Shown here: positions 58,199-64,000 of the stretch, one piece after another
How positions within the stretch are numbered: the stretch's first letter is position 1
Layout of the letters: the number at the start of each line of letters is the position of its first letter
DNA from: Fimbriimonadales bacterium
GTDB lineage: Bacteria > Armatimonadota > Fimbriimonadia > Fimbriimonadales > ATM1
Length of the DNA: 64,000 nucleotides
Assembly (NCBI GenBank): GCA_051003155.1
Contig: JBPCLO010000053.1
Span: forward strand, 26,676 to 90,675
Reading direction: 5' to 3'
Made by a program: the position numbers and the translations under genes
Notes under the pieces: model-generated
What the model saw: only the letters and a program-made list of their open reading frames with translations
Told to the model about the DNA's origin: nothing
The model's database searches: none

Positions 58199-60895
58199 CT
58201 AGTTCGGATTGACGGCAAATCGATATCCGGCGATGGATGGATGGTTTGTAACTATGACCAGGTCTGCGAGGAACGGCTCGTCGGAGCTCATTTCAATTGT
58301 GGTGGCGCCCTTCGGAAGTGCGAACTCGCCGACGAGATATGCGGCTCGCTTTCCCGCCTGCGGCGCCGCGTCGATTTCGCCGACCTTGAACCGAACCGGG
58401 GCCAGTTGGCCGTTGCGAAGGGTCCGCGCGAATATCTTGTGCCGGCCGGCGTCTTCCACGGCGATCGTGAAGGGCAGGACTTGGCCGGGGGAGACTCGAA
58501 GGGCGGTCGTGCCTTTCCCGGGGCTGGCTTCCGGCGCCTGGACCGCGGACAGGTTATCGATGGGCAGGTCTTCGAGTTGATAGGTCTTTGTGAAGGATGG
58601 CGAGTCGAGTGAGACGACCCTTATGGCGCCGTTGGGAATAGTTTGTGAGCGCCGCTCGACTTCCGCTCCGCTCTCGTTCAAGATCGCTATGCGCCGTCCC
58701 AGGTTGGCCATAAAGACGCCGTCGTTCCTGTCGTCGAAGAGCTTCGCGTCCGCGCGGCCCTCTTGGATGAGCGATAGCCTGTAGATGGCGTGCCTGGCGA
58801 GGCTGATGAACTGCTTCCAGGCATCGCGCTTCGCCGGCAGGAAGAGTATGAGGCCCTTGCCGTGCCGATTGGACCATGCCTTCGCGGCATCGATCTCTAC
58901 CGGCGCCTCGAACCTGCCTTTGAGGGGAACCGGCTCGGCTTGGGTGTCGGATTCGGCGACCGTTATGCGATCGATGGGGACGTGGGTGTCGGCCGATAGC
59001 CCGCTCATCTCCAAAGCCAGTACGCCGTTTGGCGCCAGGTCCTTGTCGGCGCTGAACCGAAACTGTTGGAGTCCGCCCTCGGCGCTCACTCCGGCGAGGA
59101 CCTTGCCTTGGGAACGCACTTCGAGGGTCTGTCCTTCCCAGCGGAAGTTGCGGAACGAGATGGTGAGAATCGAGTTTTTTTCGCGGCTCACGGGAACGCG
59201 CAACACCGCGCCGTTTTTGGCGAGGCGCACGCCTTCCGCTGCCGGTCCCCATCCGCCGAGGAGATACTCCGTGTCCCATTTCGTTCCCAGGTCGATCGTG
59301 TAGCTGGCGGGCAACTCGCCGACCCAGCGCGAAGTATCCGCGGCGACGTGCAACCCGGAGGCAAAGCCGAAAAGCCGTTGATAGACCGCCGTATTGCCCT
59401 GCGGATCGGCCATCTTCCCGAAGTCGTAGGCAACCACGACCCCTCCGGCCTCCACCCATTCGGAAAGTTCTTGCAAGGTCTCGGCTTTCCAAACCGTGCC
59501 CTCGAAAACGATGGCGACACGATAGGGCTTGAGCGCGCCTGCGATTACGGCGGATTCTTCCAGGACGTCGAAATCGGCGTAGTCGCGCAGTTCCACCATG
59601 GCTCGGTACGTAAGCGGCGGGGCGGGTTGGGGATGCGCGAGCAGGTGCGAACTGGTGGGGTGCATTACGGCGACGTCGACGGCGGGGCTACCGACCAGCA
59701 AGTTGGCGGCAAGGGCGTCGAGTTCGGCGGCATTCGCTCGGTATAGAGTGGGCCAACCGACGTAGCCATGTGACCCGAGTGACAGGGCTTCGAAGAACTG
59801 TTGTCCGAAATCGCCAGTCTTGAGCGTAGAGGCTTGAGTCCAGATCGGGAGGGTTTGTGCCCGCGCTGCGCCGCGAATTCTGCCGAGCGACATCGCCCAG
59901 TTGTTCGCAAAATCGAAATAGCCCACGTTGGACACCAGCATTGCGTCTGCATTGACCTTGACCGCCTCGGCCACACGATAGATGTCCAGCCCCAAGCCCG
60001 GATGATCGTCGGGCGGCCCTATCGGCACCACGATCGGCGACTCTTTGAAGATGTTGCGGCCAATGTCGCCGAGACTCCGAACGAGGGCCGGTATGGCTGC
60101 CCGATACCAGTCCATGAACTGCAAGCGCGCGGGGTATGGATACGTTGGTCCGAGCGGGATCGGGGCCTGTTTCGGATCAACGGGCTCCATGCCCCAGTTT
60201 TTGTAAGCAGACTCGACGGAGCCGTGCTCCGCAACCAGGTTCTTCTGCCAAGAGGCCTTCGCAAAGTCGTCGCCGCACCAGTATCCGGAAGCCGGTGGAT
60301 CGACCTTCAGCTGCTCTTTCCATCTCACAGCGTATGTTTCGGACAGCTTGGCTAGCCCGGTAAACATGGATGCGTCTCCGTACTCGCCGTACACTCCCAG
60401 CGAAACGAAGCCGGGCTTAGGAAACCTTCTATTCATTGCTCCGTAGCGGTTAGCGGTCCATCGGACCCGCTCAGGATTCCACGGAGACCAGGCAGGTACG
60501 CGCTCGCCCGTCGACACGTCGATGCTGCCGTTTCCGACGGCGAGACCGTTCTCAAACGGCAGGAAGGTCGAAAATACGCTGACCGCCCATCCGCCTCCAG
60601 CCTGGGCAATGGCGGCACGTTGCGCGGCCAAGTTCGACAGATCGTATATGCCTGCTCCCGAGTCCGGGGCGGTGAGCTTGTCCGTTTCGGAAACGAATAG
60701 GTCGACGCCGCTCGCCACCAGAAAGCCGAGGGATTCCGCCGGCGGGACGAAGCTTGCCAATCGTAGGGCTTGGCCCTGTTCAGGATTGAACGCTCCGGAC
60801 GACGCAAGAATGGGCACCAGTCGAGAAAGGTCTTCCGAGCCCGTTTGCCCATGGCCGAGCGCCAATGCCGCCACCGCAGGAATCAAGCAAAGCAT
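58199..60895 (-). CDS. Secreted glycoside hydrolase-like protein (GH14/GH42-like barrel plus trimerisation-like domain)
   Basis: Signal peptide; GVYGEYGDA, GYWCGDDFA, FMDWY and WVEAGG motifs. Confidence 0.65.
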   Translation of the reverse strand: MLCLIPAVAALALGHGQTGSEDLSRLVPILASSGAFNPEQGQALRLASFVPPAESLGFLVASGVDLFVSETDKLTAPDSGAGIYDLSNLAAQRAAIAQAGGGWAVSVFSTFLPFENGLAVGNGSIDVSTGERVPAWSPWNPERVRWTANRYGAMNRRFPKPGFVSLGVYGEYGDASMFTGLAKLSETYAVRWKEQLKVDPPASGYWCGDDFAKASWQKNLVAEHGSVESAYKNWGMEPVDPKQAPIPLGPTYPYPARLQFMDWYRAAIPALVRSLGDIGRNIFKESPIVVPIGPPDDHPGLGLDIYRVAEAVKVNADAMLVSNVGYFDFANNWAMSLGRIRGAARAQTLPIWTQASTLKTGDFGQQFFEALSLGSHGYVGWPTLYRANAAELDALAANLLVGSPAVDVAVMHPTSSHLLAHPQPAPPLTYRAMVELRDYADFDVLEESAVIAGALKPYRVAIVFEGTVWKAETLQELSEWVEAGGVVVAYDFGKMADPQGNTAVYQRLFGFASGLHVAADTSRWVGELPASYTIDLGTKWDTEYLLGGWGPAAEGVRLAKNGAVLRVPVSREKNSILTISFRNFRWEGQTLEVRSQGKVLAGVSAEGGLQQFRFSADKDLAPNGVLALEMSGLSADTHVPIDRITVAESDTQAEPVPLKGRFEAPVEIDAAKAWSNRHGKGLILFLPAKRDAWKQFISLARHAIYRLSLIQEGRADAKLFDDRNDGVFMANLGRRIAILNESGAEVERRSQTIPNGAIRVVSLDSPSFTKTYQLEDLPIDNLSAVQAPEASPGKGTTALRVSPGQVLPFTIAVEDAGRHKIFARTLRNGQLAPVRFKVGEIDAAPQAGKRAAYLVGEFALPKGATTIEMSSDEPFLADLVIVTNHPSIAGYRFAVNPN

Positions 60896-60931
60896 CTGAC
60901 TAAGAGAGACCGCTCGTCGGCGGGCGTCGTG

Positions 60932-62827
60932 TCATGCGCGTTCGATCTCGGAAAGAACCTTCTCCAACTCGACGTTGCCCGGGCCGGCAGCCTCACGCAA
61001 CTGCTTGGCCAGCCGCGAGGCCTCGTCTCTTCGTCCGGTTTGCTTTGCCGCCATGGCCAGGTTAAGGGCGATAGGAAGAGATGTCGGGCGCGCGCGGAGC
61101 ACCACCGCCAGCATATTGTAGGCGTCCTCGGCCTTATCCTGGCCAACAAGCGACCCGGCCAACTCTCCGTAGGCGGGCTCGCATCCCGGGAAGATTTCGA
61201 TTACTTTCCGCGCCGCGGCCTCGGCATCTTCGAACCGTTGAACGCGGTTATACAACGTGCTCAGCAGCGCCCAGAGCTTCCAGTAGTCCTGCATCCAGTC
61301 TTTCATAGGCTCGAGCTCGTCGATGGCGCGCTTGAACTCTTCCTTTTCCATATGCTGCTGTGCGCGCTGCAGAGCTTCGATTCTTTTCGGCTGCTCGAGT
61401 TCATAGAGCCAAGCCTGCGTGTTCGCCTTTGTGTCTTGGTCGATCTCTCCCGCGAGAATGGTCTTCAGAACGTCCGTAATCTCGTGTTCCCTTCCGGCCT
61501 TCCCGAGGGTTTGCGCGTACTCGAGGAGCAGGCCGACGTCTTGCGGGGTCTCTTCGAGGCAATCCTCATAGAAATCCATGGCCCGGTCGAATTCCCCTTT
61601 ACCCACGAGGTAGGGCGCGTAGTACCGCTTAACCTTCAGGCTATTGTCGGTCTTCTCGAGACCTTCATCGAAGGCCTTTTGAGCGTCGGCATGGCGCTCT
61701 GCCTGAAGCAGCGACAAGCCGTACTTGGCCCAAGCAACGGGCGAGTTTGGATTTTGGTCGATAACCGCTTTCCACATTGCCGGGACTTCGTGGCCGCGTC
61801 CCGTGCCGACCATCAAACCTGCAAGGAAGTCCATGGTCGGCTTGTCGGGGCCTTCCAGATCGAGAGCCTTCTTGAACGAGCGCTCGGCGTTCGCAACCAT
61901 GTTGAGCTGCTGCTGTACGAGGCCGAGGCGTGTGAAGAGCGCAGGCTCGAGGTCGGGAACGTCCACGTCCTCGCCGGCCGACTTCTTCGTGAGCATCTTG
62001 GCCCGCTCTTCATCCAGGACGCGGATCGCCTTCTCGTACATGTCCGCCGCCTCGTTAGGCTTGCCCGAGCCTTGGTAGATGCCCGCCGTGGCGTAGTAGC
62101 CGCGCCAGTCAAAGGGAATCATTTCCAGGAGCCTCTTGAGCTTGCTCTCGACGACCTCGAGGGTGCCGACCCCGCTTTGTGCGCAGAGCTGGCTTAGCTG
62201 GAGAACCGCCTCGTATGGGCCGAGGAAGTCCTTGTCTCGCTCCACGGCGCTCAAAAGCTCGTCGAATGCCGCCGGTAAGTCGAAGCTCTTCGAAACCTGG
62301 CTGCCCGCCTGGCCGATATATGAAATGGCGTCGAATCCCAGCAGAAAATCGTAAAACGCCTGCGGATCGTCGGTGCCGAACTCCATTTTTTCGGCGAACT
62401 CGGGCAGGAGGGTTATCTCGACGCCCTTGGCGAGCTCTGATACCATCCAACGCACCGTATCGAAAATTTCGGGAACGCCGAAGGTTTTCGTGGAGGTGCT
62501 GGAGCCGATGACTCCGGACTTCGAGAGACGGAGAGTCAACTCGTACTTGTCTTCAGCTTGTTTGATCGAGCCGTCGACGACCACATCCGCTCCCGACTGC
62601 TCTTGAACCTGCTTGACAAAGTCGTCGGCGTTGAGTTCTTCGGTTAGGTTTACGAAAGCTGCTTCCGGCTCAGCGGGCGTACCCACCCGGGCGACGTAGC
62701 TCACGAAGTTCGTGCCGACCTCGGGCTGGACCTTCAGGGCCTCGGAGAGGAACTGACAGAGTTGGCGGCCCAGTGCCGGGCGCACAGGTTCGGCGACGTT
62801 GAAGGGTAAGAAGGCGATGTTCGGCAT
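60932..62827 (-). CDS. Tetratricopeptide repeat protein
   Basis: Multiple TPR helices (EAADMYEKAI, AERSFKKAL, AWAKYG). Confidence 0.88.
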   Translation of the reverse strand: MPNIAFLPFNVAEPVRPALGRQLCQFLSEALKVQPEVGTNFVSYVARVGTPAEPEAAFVNLTEELNADDFVKQVQEQSGADVVVDGSIKQAEDKYELTLRLSKSGVIGSSTSTKTFGVPEIFDTVRWMVSELAKGVEITLLPEFAEKMEFGTDDPQAFYDFLLGFDAISYIGQAGSQVSKSFDLPAAFDELLSAVERDKDFLGPYEAVLQLSQLCAQSGVGTLEVVESKLKRLLEMIPFDWRGYYATAGIYQGSGKPNEAADMYEKAIRVLDEERAKMLTKKSAGEDVDVPDLEPALFTRLGLVQQQLNMVANAERSFKKALDLEGPDKPTMDFLAGLMVGTGRGHEVPAMWKAVIDQNPNSPVAWAKYGLSLLQAERHADAQKAFDEGLEKTDNSLKVKRYYAPYLVGKGEFDRAMDFYEDCLEETPQDVGLLLEYAQTLGKAGREHEITDVLKTILAGEIDQDTKANTQAWLYELEQPKRIEALQRAQQHMEKEEFKRAIDELEPMKDWMQDYWKLWALLSTLYNRVQRFEDAEAAARKVIEIFPGCEPAYGELAGSLVGQDKAEDAYNMLAVVLRARPTSLPIALNLAMAAKQTGRRDEASRLAKQLREAAGPGNVELEKVLSEIERA

Positions 62828-63078
62828 AATAATAAATCGTCCCGGCGAGTTAGCATTTTAGCTGATTCGAGGCCGGCTCTGCGGTGCCTATCGGCTCGAC
62901 TGCTGACGGTAAAGCGAAGTAGGCCCACCGGCAGGCTCTACCTCCACTGCGGCCCCACCGCCAGCCGCTGCCATCACGCGCTTCCAGCCGCGCTCATCTT
63001 CCGGGCGGGCGATAAGCGATCTTCGAAGCCTTATAAGGGCTTTTCCGTAAAGCTGTACGCCGCCCCGCCGATTCGGGA

Positions 63079-64000
63079 TTAGTCGGCCAGAGTCCACTTC
63101 ACTTGATCGACCCGCGCAAACCACGGGTAGACGAAAACGGGGCCTTGCGTTTTGTAGGCGACCCTCGATCGCAGTTCCAAATTGGGGCCGATGAACCGCT
63201 CCGGGTTCGACGTTACGACGACGGTGGTCCTCCAGTCGGACGTCATGGCGGTGCTCGTGTTCAGCGTCTCGTAGGCTTGCGTGTCGAAGTTGTACAGCGC
63301 GATTCTTTGCGAGATGTTCGGCACGCTGCAATGCGCCTCAACCGAGAACTCGAGTCTTGACGGCGTGGCGTTAGGCGAGGTCGCGTTCACTATCAGTTGA
63401 ATCGGCGGCTCCTGCGACGAGAAGACAACTCCTGGCCTCATGACGAGGCGGTTATTGTCGCTCGCGAGTAGGCTAAGTAGGTTTCCGCTGATGACCGAAC
63501 CGCGGAAAAGGCTAAAGGACGATGGCAGAACCGTAGTTGTCTGGGAATACTTGATCGTTGCGTAGTCGCCCTCGGATTGCCCGGTGACGTAAACGTTCCC
63601 CGCCGCGTCCACGGCCAACTCGCTGGCAACGTCAGTAGAGTTTAGTGGGCCGTTGTAGCGAGCAAGCCACAATTGATTGCCGTTGGAATCGTACTTGATC
63701 GTTGCGTAGTCGAGGGGGAACGTTCCCGCGCCGGCGGACCAACCCGTGACGTAAACGCTGCCCCCTGCGTCCACGGCCAGCGCGTTGGCCCCGTCATCGG
63801 CGATTCCTGGGCCGGTGTAGCGAGCAACCCACAACTGATTGCCGTTGGAATTGTACTTGATCGTTGCGTAGTCGTAGCCGGTTCCCACGGCGTAGGAGAG
63901 GCCCGTGACGTACACGTTCCCCGCTGCGTCCACGGCCAGCGCGTTGGCGGCGTCATCGGCGTTTCCTGGGCCGTTGTAGCGAGCAACCCACAACTGATTG
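63079..64000 (-). CDS. SBBP beta-propeller repeat protein, C-terminal part (truncated by the window edge)
   Basis: Repeats WVARYNGP...ALAVDAAGNVYVTG...DYATIKY followed by a C-terminal beta-rich domain. Confidence 0.9.
   Translation of the reverse strand, partial: NQLWVARYNGPGNADDAANALAVDAAGNVYVTGLSYAVGTGYDYATIKYNSNGNQLWVARYTGPGIADDGANALAVDAGGSVYVTGWSAGAGTFPLDYATIKYDSNGNQLWLARYNGPLNSTDVASELAVDAAGNVYVTGQSEGDYATIKYSQTTTVLPSSFSLFRGSVISGNLLSLLASDNNRLVMRPGVVFSSQEPPIQLIVNATSPNATPSRLEFSVEAHCSVPNISQRIALYNFDTQAYETLNTSTAMTSDWRTTVVVTSNPERFIGPNLELRSRVAYKTQGPVFVYPWFARVDQVKWTLAD

Noticed and set aside
62830..63078. ncRNA between the SBBP and TPR genes
   Set aside because: No recognisable SRP, 6S, tmRNA or riboswitch motif; an Rfam search would be needed.

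Overview
A 64-kb, GC-rich bacterial chromosomal window. Gene content suggests Armatimonadota (Fimbriimonadaceae-like), which is an inference. Most of it is housekeeping: cdaA-cdaR, der, ligD-ku, hutU, aroQ, pepP, dgt, queA, mtnA, panC, aspS, pyrD, ftsK, lpdA, dapF, dinG, an ECF sigma/anti-sigma pair, lepB and pyrG. Three accessory patches interrupt it, at about 12.3-14.4 kb, 48.95-50.3 kb and 52-56.5 kb. The main finding is missed by the ORF track: a minus-strand operon of a metal-type MerR regulator, a signal-peptide protein with two in-frame TGA codons in a G-U-P-I-U (UxxU) motif followed by a SECIS-like hairpin and a beta-barrel-like domain, and a Cys-rich CPLC thioredoxin-fold protein. This is a candidate double-selenocysteine envelope protein in a heavy-metal-responsive system, lying next to a tRNA 3' remnant (att-like site). 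Other findings: a secreted-protein gene inserted between duplicated pyrG 5' ends, an internally deleted RAYT flanked by ~63-bp inverted repeats, probable ATA start codons for queA and pyrD, widespread leaderless gene architecture, a topoisomerase IB pseudogene beside ku-ligD, and a repeat-flanked DUF559 nuclease. No rRNA, intact tRNA or CRISPR array was seen.
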